This document shows positions 1 through 8,003 of a DNA stretch of 22,967 bases, piece by piece. The notes under the pieces are model-generated. The model saw nothing but the letters and a program-made list of their open reading frames with translations, did not search any database and had not been told where the DNA came from. Made by a program: the position numbers and the translations under genes. The DNA comes from Pseudomonadota bacterium (GTDB lineage: Bacteria > Bdellovibrionota_B > Oligoflexia > Oligoflexales > CAIYRB01): positions 1-22,967 of the forward strand of contig JANOTL010000180.1 in assembly GCA_031416315.1 (NCBI GenBank). The letters run 5' to 3'. Every line of letters starts with the position of its first letter. Position 1 is the first letter of the stretch.

Positions 1-37
1 GCCGGCCGGAGCTTCTCTAAAAAAGCCTCCGGCCGGC
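1..37. repeat. 11-bp perfect inverted repeat (hairpin)
   Basis: GCCGGCCGGAG (1-11) is the reverse complement of CTCCGGCCGGC (27-37). May continue beyond the window edge. Terminator-like or REP-like. Confidence 0.55.
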
Positions 38-229
38 CGATCTGCGCTTCCGCTCCTCCGCGCCTCAGCGATAGAAAAGCCCAATCGAAAAACCCCATGA
101 CCTCCGACCGTGTGTTCCGTGACCCGCCGTGCTCCGATGAGAACTTCGTAAGGATCCAAAGACAAAGCTTTTTCCGTTGTCCGTCCTGCCGCAATAGGTC
201 ATTCTCGGCATCTCCAAGGAGACCCCTCG

Positions 230-1366
230 ATGAATGACGACGACAACCCGCGCGTCACGCGCATCCGTCCTGCGCCGAAAACGCCGGAGGACGTGCTGCG
301 CGACCTCAAGGACAAGCTCATGGGCGGCGGCGGCGGTGGCCGCCAAGGCGGCAACGGCCGCGGCGTGCAGCCGCCGCGTGCTTCCACCGGACGCGCCCCA
401 GGCTTCGTGCTGATCGGGCTCCTCGTCCTTTGGGGCGTCGCCTCTTCCTTCTATACGACCGACATCAGCGAAGAGGCCGTCGTCACCCGCTTCGGCGCCT
501 ACAACCGAACGACCGGCTCCGGCTTCCACTTCAAGCTCCCCTTTGGGATGGAGCGCGTCATCACGGTGCAGAGCAAGAAGATCCTCCAGGAGGAGTTCGG
601 GTTCCGCACCACGGCGATCGACGGCGAGCGCACCCAGTACTCGAAGGAGGACTTCCGCGCCGAGAGCCTGATGCTGACCGGCGACCTGAACGTCGCCGAC
701 GTCGAGTGGATCGTGCAGTACCGCATCGCCGACCCGTGGAAGTACCTCTTCCACGCGCGCGACGTCGTCCACAACATCCGCGATCTGAGCCTCAGCCTGA
801 TGCGCCGTGTCGTCGGCGACCGCCTCGTCGGCGACGTCCTGACCACGGGACGCGTCGAGATCGCCGACCAAGCGAAGATCCTGACTCAGGAAGCGGTCGA
901 CAAGTACGACATGGGCATCAAGATCGAGCGCGTCATCCTGCAAGGCGTGAACCCGCCGGAAACGGTGAAGCCCTCTTTCAACGAGGTCAACGCGGCGAAG
1001 CAAGAGCAGGAGCAGACGATCAACGTCGCCGAGCGTGAGTACAACCGCGTCATCCCCGAGGCGCGCGGCAAAGCGGAGAAGGTCTATGCGGACGCCGAAG
1101 GCTATGCGATCGACGTCGTCAACCGCGCCAAAGGCGACGCGACCCAGTTCGACGAGGTCCTCGAAGCCTACAAGAAGGCTCCCGACATCACGCGCCGTCG
1201 CATGTACATCGACGCGATGGAAGAAGTTTTCCTCAAGGCGGAGCGCATCACGCTGATCGATCCTGCGGTCAAGGGCGTGGTGCCACTCTTCGGGCTGAGC
1301 GGGGCGACGCCTTCGGTGGCCGCCAATTCGCCTCTGCCGACGCCTTCTCCCGGTACCAAGCCCTAA
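230..1366 (+). CDS. hflK: FtsH protease modulator HflK (SPFH/band-7)
   Basis: Gly-rich N-terminus, one TM helix, EEAVVTRFG, GFHFKLPFG, MLTGDLNVADVEWIVQYRI, PPETVKPSFNEVNAAKQE, YKKAPDITRRRMYIDAME. AAGGAG SD before the ATG. Confidence 0.95.
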   Translation: MNDDDNPRVTRIRPAPKTPEDVLRDLKDKLMGGGGGGRQGGNGRGVQPPRASTGRAPGFVLIGLLVLWGVASSFYTTDISEEAVVTRFGAYNRTTGSGFHFKLPFGMERVITVQSKKILQEEFGFRTTAIDGERTQYSKEDFRAESLMLTGDLNVADVEWIVQYRIADPWKYLFHARDVVHNIRDLSLSLMRRVVGDRLVGDVLTTGRVEIADQAKILTQEAVDKYDMGIKIERVILQGVNPPETVKPSFNEVNAAKQEQEQTINVAEREYNRVIPEARGKAEKVYADAEGYAIDVVNRAKGDATQFDEVLEAYKKAPDITRRRMYIDAMEEVFLKAERITLIDPAVKGVVPLFGLSGATPSVAANSPLPTPSPGTKP

Positions 1367-1382
1367 AGAAACCGAGGTTTCC

Positions 1383-2354
1383 TTGCGCAATCTAGTCATC
1401 GCCGGCGCCTTCGTCGTAGTCCTCCTTCTCTACGGTTCGGTCTTCGCCTTGCCCGAAGGGCTGCAAGCCCTGATCACCCAGTTCGGCGAGATCAAGGGCG
1501 AGCCGATCACCAAAGCCGGCCTGCACTTCAAGATGCCCTTCGTCCAGGACGTGCGCTTTTTCGACCGCCGGATCCTGACCTGGGACGGCGATCCCGAGCA
1601 GATCCCGACCAAGGACAAGAAGTACATCTGGGTCGACGTCACCGCCCGCTGGCGCATCACCGACCTGCGCAAATTCGCCGAGTCCGTCCAGGACGAGAAC
1701 GGCGCCAAGAACCGCCTCGACGGTATCCTCGACGGCGTGACGCGCGACACCATCTCGAACCACAACCTGGTCGAGGCCGTCCGCAATTCCAACGCCCTCT
1801 TCGACGCCATCGCCGTGCGCAAGGCTGCGCCTCGGCCGACCGACCCCGCCCTCCTTGCCGCCTTGGAGGAGGAAGAGGTCACGGGCGAGATCGAGAAGGT
1901 CGCCTTCGGCCGCGAGCAGCTCTCGAAGCTCATCATAGAGCGCGCCCGCAAGGAGCTCGAGCCCTTCGGCATCGAGCTGATCGACGTGCAGCTGCGCCGG
2001 ATCTCCTATGAAAAGAGCGTCGAAGCCAAGGTTTACGACCGCATGGTTTCGGAGCGGAACCGAATCGCCGAAAAGATCCGCTCCGTCGGCAAAGGCGAGG
2101 AGGCGAAGATCCGCGGCAAGCTGAACCGCGATCTCAAGGAGATCGAGTCGGAGGCCTATCGCAAGAGCCAGGAAGTCCGCGGCATTGCCGAGGCCAAAGC
2201 GATCGAGATCTACGCCCTGGCAATGAAAGAAGACCCGGCGTACTACGAATTCACGCGCTCGCTCGAAGCGTATAAGCGCGTGTTCGCCGAAAAAGGCACG
2301 CTCATCCTGGCGACCGACGGCGAGTTCACCAAGTTTTTAACGAAGCGTCCTTGA
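1383..2354 (+). CDS. hflC: FtsH protease modulator HflC (SPFH/band-7)
   Basis: Directly follows hflK. ITQFG, GLHFKMPFVQDV, TKDKKYIWVD..ARWRI, VYDRMVSER, YYEFTRSLEAY. TTG start after GAGG. Confidence 0.95.
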   Translation: MRNLVIAGAFVVVLLLYGSVFALPEGLQALITQFGEIKGEPITKAGLHFKMPFVQDVRFFDRRILTWDGDPEQIPTKDKKYIWVDVTARWRITDLRKFAESVQDENGAKNRLDGILDGVTRDTISNHNLVEAVRNSNALFDAIAVRKAAPRPTDPALLAALEEEEVTGEIEKVAFGREQLSKLIIERARKELEPFGIELIDVQLRRISYEKSVEAKVYDRMVSERNRIAEKIRSVGKGEEAKIRGKLNRDLKEIESEAYRKSQEVRGIAEAKAIEIYALAMKEDPAYYEFTRSLEAYKRVFAEKGTLILATDGEFTKFLTKRP

Positions 2355-2766
2355 AGGCGGCGTACCGCCGGTCGATGGTCCGCGACATGACTTCGTAGCA
2401 GGACCAGTTGTCCTCGACGTTATAGAGCGAGACGTGCTCCTCGCCCAGGACCTTGTCGAAGTCCTCGAAGTAGTCGCCGTCGCCGGTGAGGTACTCCTTG
2501 GCGAACGGCTGCACCTCGTCCGAGACGTCTTCCATCGACAAGGCGCCGTCCAGGCAAGAGAAGAGCAGCTCGCGGCCCGTTTTCTCACGCGCCTTGACTG
2601 CCGCCACCGCCTCACCATGCTTCGCCTTCAGGCCCTCGCTGACGAGCTCGTGCTGGACGAGCCAGGCCAGGAAGATGCCGATGTGCGTGCCGCCGTTCTC
2701 GGGCGGCGCGTCATCAGGAAAGACTTCACTCTCGGAGTGCCATTTCGCGTCGTCGATCGTGCTCAT
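2326..2766 (-). CDS. Conserved hypothetical acidic protein (DDAxWH...THIGxFLxW family)
   Basis: MSTIDDAKWH...PPENGGTHIGIFLAWL matches a pattern I recognise in uncharacterised bacterial proteins. Overlaps the hflC 3' end by 29 bp. Confidence 0.75.
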   Translation of the reverse strand: MSTIDDAKWHSESEVFPDDAPPENGGTHIGIFLAWLVQHELVSEGLKAKHGEAVAAVKAREKTGRELLFSCLDGALSMEDVSDEVQPFAKEYLTGDGDYFEDFDKVLGEEHVSLYNVEDNWSCYEVMSRTIDRRYAAFKDASLKTW

Positions 2767-2822
2767 GGCGCCGCTTCTATCACGGCTGGCCGGAGACCGC
2801 ATCCCGTGTTAGATCAGCTGCC

Positions 2823-3266
2823 ATGAAACCGACCCGACTGTTCGTGCCGAGCCCCAAGATCGCAGTTCAATTGAGTAAAGGCAAAGGCCGCGGCGTCTTC
2901 ACGACCGTCCGCGTCCGCGCCGGCGAGGTCATCGAGGCGGCGCCCGTCCTGCTCGTCCCGAAGGCGCAGCAGGACGCTTTGGTCGCCACATTTCTCGGCC
3001 ATTACATGTTTCAGTCGGACAACAAGAAGCACTACGTCATCGGGCTCGGCCTGAGCTCCATGATCAATCACGACGTCGACGCCAACGCCGAGTTCTACGT
3101 CTCGATCGACACGATCACGATCAAGGCGCGTCGGGCCATCCCGGCCGGCACCGAGGTGACGCTCGACTATGGCTGGAATCCCGAAGAATGGGCCGTGCTC
3201 GGCATCGAGATGCCAGAGTCTCAGTTGAGGACGGGCAAGGGCTTGCGCCCGGCGAAGACGCCGTAA
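2823..3266 (+). CDS. SET-domain protein (putative protein-lysine methyltransferase)
   Basis: GKGRGVF, I.AGEVIE-like motif, SMINHD..ANA, AIPAGTEVTLDYG. Confidence 0.9.
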   Translation: MKPTRLFVPSPKIAVQLSKGKGRGVFTTVRVRAGEVIEAAPVLLVPKAQQDALVATFLGHYMFQSDNKKHYVIGLGLSSMINHDVDANAEFYVSIDTITIKARRAIPAGTEVTLDYGWNPEEWAVLGIEMPESQLRTGKGLRPAKTP

Positions 3267-4081
3267 CGCATGCTCCCGAGCAGGTAGGCGATCCAGATCC
3301 TTAAGACCGACGGCGCGAAGTCGCGGCTGCCTAGGTCGCCGTCGACCAATGCCCGGCGGACGCTCGGATCCAGGACGGCCGCCGTCGCCAGACGCCGGAG
3401 GCAAATCGCCCAGGTCTTCCGCACTTTGGCGCTGAGGTCGACGAACTCGATCGCGTCGAAGCCGGCGTCGCCGAGGAGCTTGCGGTAGTCCGACTCCGTC
3501 CCGAGGGAGGGGAGACGTCCCTCCTTGCAAATCGGCTCCAAGAGCTGCCGCGTCTCAAGTGAGGAAGGCGACTCCTTGGCGAGCCAGACGGCGGTCGCGA
3601 TCCTCCCGCCCGGTTTCAGGACTCGCCAGGCCTCCTGAAAGCACCTCGGCTTGTCGGCGAAGTGCTCGGTGCTCTCGATCGCAATCGCCGCATCGACGGA
3701 GTTGGGATCGAGATCGTTTTCGCACCAGTCGCGGCAGGCGTAGGTTGGATCCGTCTCCTTCAACGCCAGCTTCGCGGCGAACTCGTACTGCGCGCGCGAG
3801 ACGGTGAAGCCGTAGACGCGAGCGCCGAGCTCGGCGGCGAGAATGCGCGAGGTACCGCCGTAGCCGCAGCCGATGTCGCAAACGACGTCGCCTCGGCCGA
3901 TCTGCGCCATACGCAAGACGAGGTCAGTGAGCTTTCGCGTTGCCTGCGCCTGCGTCTCATCGCCCTTCTCCCAGAGGCCGTGGTGCATGTGCGTGCCCCA
4001 GAAGCGGCGGTAGAATGGATCGAGCTCATCATAGTGCGCCGCGACGTCGGCGACGGTGGCTTTGGCTTGGGTCGTGATCAT
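3221..4081 (-). CDS. Class I SAM-dependent methyltransferase (tocopherol/sterol C-methyltransferase-like)
   Basis: VAAHYD...FWGTHMHHGLW, DIGCGYGG, AIESTEHFADK, RVLKPGGRI. GGGAGA SD before the ATG at 4081. The longer ORF-track start overlaps the PKS gene. Confidence 0.9.
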   Translation of the reverse strand: MITTQAKATVADVAAHYDELDPFYRRFWGTHMHHGLWEKGDETQAQATRKLTDLVLRMAQIGRGDVVCDIGCGYGGTSRILAAELGARVYGFTVSRAQYEFAAKLALKETDPTYACRDWCENDLDPNSVDAAIAIESTEHFADKPRCFQEAWRVLKPGGRIATAVWLAKESPSSLETRQLLEPICKEGRLPSLGTESDYRKLLGDAGFDAIEFVDLSAKVRKTWAICLRRLATAAVLDPSVRRALVDGDLGSRDFAPSVLRIWIAYLLGSMRYGVFAGRKPLPVLN

Positions 4082-4147
4082 CGCTTCTCCCGTGGGGACC
4101 GTACTGGCCGCGGCATGCATCTTGTAGGCCGAAGCGCAGCGCGAAGG

Positions 4148-5275
4148 ATGAAGATCATGGTTTTTCTGAGCGACCTCCGACCGATCGACGTGGGCCCGAC
4201 GCATACCCAAGCGCATGGCGCGGCCTGGCTCAGCGCCGCTTCCGCACGGATTCATGGCGCAAATTCCCGTGAGGCGATACGTGCGGCAGCCCTCTACCGA
4301 CGCCTCGACGGCGGCGGTTCCATTGGCAGTCGACAATCGTGCGTTCCCGACTACCAAAGTCTCGATCCGGCGACCTGGCGTCTCTTTTCGCCTGCGTCCG
4401 GTGAGCGCTGGTGGGAGGCGAGCCTGCAGCGGCGGATGGCGATCTATCAGAAGACGGCGTTCGAGGTCGCCGAGCGGGCTTATGCCGATCGCAGCGAGGT
4501 GCCGGCCGCGATCATGCAGGTCACCTGCACCGGCTACGAAGCGCCGACCGCGGTGCAAAGGCTCGTGGCCGCGAAAGGTTGGGGCGAGGCGACGCGAAGC
4601 CTACAGCTGGGTCACATGGGTTGTTTCGCCGCCGTGCCGGCGTGCCGCCTTGCCGCCACGATGGCCGCCTCGCCGGAGTCTGCCGGCAGAAGCGTAAGCG
4701 TCTTACACGTCGAGCTCTGCACGGTGCACCTTGCGCCGGAGGCAATCGACCCCGAGCAGATCGTCGTGCACCACTTGTTCGCCGATGGCGCCGTTCGCTA
4801 CGAGCTGAGCGCGCATACGCCGAAAGGGGCGCATTTCTCGCTGCTCGACTCGTTCGAGCTGATCCTGGACGATTCCGCGGAGGCCATGACCTGGAGGCTC
4901 ACGGACACGGGATTCCGGATGAGCCTGTCGCAGGACGTGCCGGCGCGCGTGGCCGGATGCTTGCCCGGCGTCGTGTCCGGCTTTCTCGCGAAACATGGGC
5001 TGCGGCGCGAGCACGTGGCGCGCTGGGCGATCCATCCCGGCGGGCCGAAGATCATCGACGGCGTCGCTGCTTGCCTCGAAATCGAGGGTGAGGAGCGCTT
5101 GCGTCACAGCCGGCACGTCCTGCGGACGCGCGGCAACATGTCGTCGGCGACTTTGCCGCACGTGTGGCGGGATCTCGCGGTCGATCCCGCTGTGAGCGTA
5201 GGGGACCACGTCGTGTCCATCGCCTTCGGCCCCGGGCTCACGGTGACGGGCAACCTCTTGCGGAAGGAAGCCTGA
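4148..5275 (+). CDS. Type III polyketide synthase (chalcone/stilbene synthase superfamily)
   Basis: Catalytic Cys (GHMGCFAA), His (WAIHPGGPKI) and Asn (GNMSSAT). Also VTCTGY, VELCTVH, LFADGA, AFGPGLT. Start at 4148 or 4157. Confidence 0.93.
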   Translation: MKIMVFLSDLRPIDVGPTHTQAHGAAWLSAASARIHGANSREAIRAAALYRRLDGGGSIGSRQSCVPDYQSLDPATWRLFSPASGERWWEASLQRRMAIYQKTAFEVAERAYADRSEVPAAIMQVTCTGYEAPTAVQRLVAAKGWGEATRSLQLGHMGCFAAVPACRLAATMAASPESAGRSVSVLHVELCTVHLAPEAIDPEQIVVHHLFADGAVRYELSAHTPKGAHFSLLDSFELILDDSAEAMTWRLTDTGFRMSLSQDVPARVAGCLPGVVSGFLAKHGLRREHVARWAIHPGGPKIIDGVAACLEIEGEERLRHSRHVLRTRGNMSSATLPHVWRDLAVDPAVSVGDHVVSIAFGPGLTVTGNLLRKEA

Positions 5276-5277
5276 GC

Positions 5278-5781
5278 TTGGACGAATTGCGCGCCCTAAT
5301 CATGCCGGCGACCGCGCTCCTCGTGGCAACGCAAGGACTGGCTTTGCTCGTCGACGAGCTCTGGTATCACCGCCGCCGCGGTCTCGGACTCTTGGAGGCT
5401 TTGGGCCATCCCCTCGATACCGTAGCTTTCCTGGCGGCCGTCGCCGTTCCCGCGCTCATGGCGCCGACGGCTGGCAACATCTTGATTTACGCGGCCTTGT
5501 CGGTCTTCTCGACGCTTCTCGTCACGAAGGACGAATGGCTGCACGCCGCCCACTGCGAGCCCGGCGAGCATTGGCTTCACGCCTTGCTCTTCGTCTTGCA
5601 CGGGCCGATCCTCATCGGGCTCGGCGCTGTTTGGGTCATGGAGCCGCACGCCCTCTTGCTGAAGATGACGCCGCAACTCGTCGGGGGTTGGGCGCTCTAT
5701 CAGCTTCTCTATTGGATGACGCATCATGCTCGCAACCGCCGCCCCCAGCCGCACCTCGATCAACAACGCGTTCTACGATGA
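5278..5781 (+). CDS. Small multi-TM membrane protein with duplicated DE..H...E...H motifs
   Basis: Hydrophobic helices punctuated by DELWYH/EALGHPLD and DEWLH/EHWLH. TTG start 2 nt after the PKS stop with an AGGAAG SD (alternative ATG at 5302). Confidence 0.82.
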   Translation: MDELRALIMPATALLVATQGLALLVDELWYHRRRGLGLLEALGHPLDTVAFLAAVAVPALMAPTAGNILIYAALSVFSTLLVTKDEWLHAAHCEPGEHWLHALLFVLHGPILIGLGAVWVMEPHALLLKMTPQLVGGWALYQLLYWMTHHARNRRPQPHLDQQRVLR

Positions 5782-6490
5782 CCTCGGCGATCGTTGGTAT
5801 GAGGACGACACGCACGCGATCGCCATCTTGCGGGCCGAATCGCGCCTGAAGGTCGCCTACGTTCAGGAAATGCTGGCAAAAAAGGGCATCCAACCCGGGG
5901 CACGCATCCTCGACGTGGCCTGTGGCGCCGGCTTCATCAGTATTCCTCTGGCGAAGGCCGGATACTCGGTGCGCGGCATCGATTTATCGGAAAGCTCGCT
6001 TGCGGCGGCAGCGCGGCGTGCTGAGGATCTCCCGGAGCTCAGCTTCGCGGCCGAGGATGCCTTGCATCTTTCCGATGCGGACGGCTCCTACGATGCCGTC
6101 TTGTTGCTCGATTTTCTCGAGCACGTCGAGGATCCAGAGCGTGCGGTGCAAGAAGCGGCGCGCGTCCTCCGTCGCGGCGGCGTGATGATCGTCCATACCT
6201 TCAACAAGACGTTGGCGGCGCGCCTGCTCGCGATCAAAGCACTCGAGCTCTTCTCGCGCGACTGCCCTGACCACGTCCACGTGTTTGAGCTCTTCATCTC
6301 GCCGAAGGATGTCGGCGCCATCATGCGCCGCGCCGGCGTGAGCTTCGAGGAGGTGAGGGGCCTGCGCCCCGACTTCTTCACCAGGGCCTTCGTTCGCACC
6401 GTGCTGCGGCGTCGCTTGGATCCCGGGTTTGCGTTTCGGTATACGCGGTCGTTGGCGGTTGGGTATATCGGGGCGGGGGTTAAGGCTTGA
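5726..6490 (+). CDS. UbiG-like SAM-dependent O-methyltransferase
   Basis: ILDVACGAG, GIDLSESSL, LLDFLEHVEDP, RVLRRGG, HTFNKT, H..ELFISP all fit the UbiG family. Overlaps the upstream gene by 56 bp. Confidence 0.88.
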   Translation: MLATAAPSRTSINNAFYDDLGDRWYEDDTHAIAILRAESRLKVAYVQEMLAKKGIQPGARILDVACGAGFISIPLAKAGYSVRGIDLSESSLAAAARRAEDLPELSFAAEDALHLSDADGSYDAVLLLDFLEHVEDPERAVQEAARVLRRGGVMIVHTFNKTLAARLLAIKALELFSRDCPDHVHVFELFISPKDVGAIMRRAGVSFEEVRGLRPDFFTRAFVRTVLRRRLDPGFAFRYTRSLAVGYIGAGVKA

Positions 6491-7990
6491 AGGCGTCCCC
6501 CCCACCCCGGAAACGGCCAATCCGGCTCTCTGGTCCCGACCCCGATCGGCCACAAGAGCCGCTCGCTCACTCGTGTCCCCTCGACCTCGAGCTGGATCGT
6601 ATAAACCGGTTTCCACTCGTTCAGCCCGTTCGCGTTGAAGCGGATGCGGCCGTAGAACGTTTCGTAGTCCGTCGCTGCGAGCGCTTCGCGGAGTGCGCCG
6701 CCTTCGCTGCTTCCGCCGCGCCTCAACGCGTTCTCGTAGACGAGGCCCGTCGCATACGCTCCGGCGGAAAGGTAGGACGGACGCGCATGGTAAGCCTGCC
6801 AGTATGCATCGGCGAAGGCGGCCGCCGTGGCAAACCGATCCGTTCCGCGCAGCGCCGCGGCGGGCGTCCACGGCGTCGCGCCGATCAAGCCGCTCGCGTC
6901 CGCTCCGAGGCCCATCGCGGTGGCAAAGAGCGGTACCGACGGTCCGACGCTGAAGCTGAAGGCCAGCGGCGCGAACTTTTGCCGCTTGGCCTCGCGCACC
7001 AAGCCCATGCCGTCCGCCAGATCGCCCGCCATGACGACGAGATCGACCGCTGCCACACCGGCGAAGGCCGCGACGATCGCCGGAAGGTCTCCGCGCCCGT
7101 GCGCGTAGATCAAGGCGCCGGACTCGTCATGAGTCAGTCCGGCGGCGGTCAATACGGCCGGCGGCAAGGTCGCCATTCCTAAGCCGCGTGCCCGTGCGTG
7201 ACGTGCCGCATTGCGGGCATCTTCCAGGGGCGCAGGCGCATCGCTCGTCAGGGATGCCGCGCGCGACGCCCCAGGCGTCTGGCGCAACGCGACCTCCACG
7301 CTGTCAATCAGATACTCGCTCGCGGGCGCCATGACGCCGAGTAAAAACCGGTTCCCCTGCTCAAAGAGCGAACGCCCCGCGCCGGCCGCCGTCACCAGCG
7401 GCACCTGCGCGGCAGCCGCGACGCGCGCGACGGCGCCGTTGTCCGGCGTGCCGTAGCTTCCCAGCAAGAGCTCCGCTCCTTCCGCCAAGGCAGTTCGTGC
7501 CAAGTCCGCCGCGCGCGTCGGATCGGAGCCGGTGTCGAGATAGCGCGTCGCGACGCGGTGGGCGCGGCCCGCAAAGAACACGCCGCCACGCTCGTTGACG
7601 TCGTTTCTCCACAGCTCGTAGCCGAGCATCATCTCCCGGCCGAAGGTCGCGTCCCTTCCCGAGAGCGGCAAGACCGCGGCGAACGTCAACGTCTTCCGCT
7701 CCCGAGTTTGCGGCATGAGCGTCGTGGCGACGAGCCCGTTCGGTCCCGCAAAGGTCTCGACCCTCTCCGTCGCGAAGGTCGCGAGGTCGATCCGCGTGAG
7801 ACCGCGATCCCGCGCATTCGATACGTAAGCCGCGGCGCCGTCCGGCGAGAACCCGACCGCGACTGGATCCAAGCCGCTCAGAATGCGCCGGACGACTGCG
7901 CCCGTCGTCCCGTCGAGCACCAGCACCGTGGAATCCCAGACTGCCGGCGCGAGGAGGAACCGGCCGTCGGGAGATGGCGCCTGCGCCGAC
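6480..7990 (-). pseudogene. YVTN beta-propeller fragment fused to a branched-chain amino-acid-type (LivJ-like) solute-binding domain; 5'-truncated with a probable 3' frameshift
   Basis: SPDGRFLL...GLDPVAVGFSPDGAAAYVSN (YVTN blades) followed by VLPLSG...DVNERGG...LLGSYG...ETFYGRIRF (solute-binding domain). No start codon or signal peptide before the propeller. The frame runs about 400 bp into the antisense of the UbiG-like gene unless one G is removed from a G7 run. The 5' boundary is approximate. Confidence 0.7.
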
Positions 7991-8003
7991 GCGCCCGTAG
8001 CTC

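Noticed and set aside
65..1399. 444-aa minus-strand ORF and similar long Arg/Ala/Gly-rich overlapping ORFs across the window
   Set aside because: Shadow frames of real genes in GC-rich DNA, with no motifs or SDs.
3662..4558. Apparent ~900-bp head-to-head overlap of the methyltransferase and PKS ORFs
   Set aside because: An artefact of longest-ORF starts. The motif- and SD-supported starts are 4081 and 4148/4157, which do not overlap.
5726..6490. Assigning the gene symbol ubiG
   Set aside because: The family resemblance is clear, but the PKS context and lack of other ubi genes here argue against assuming a role in ubiquinone synthesis.
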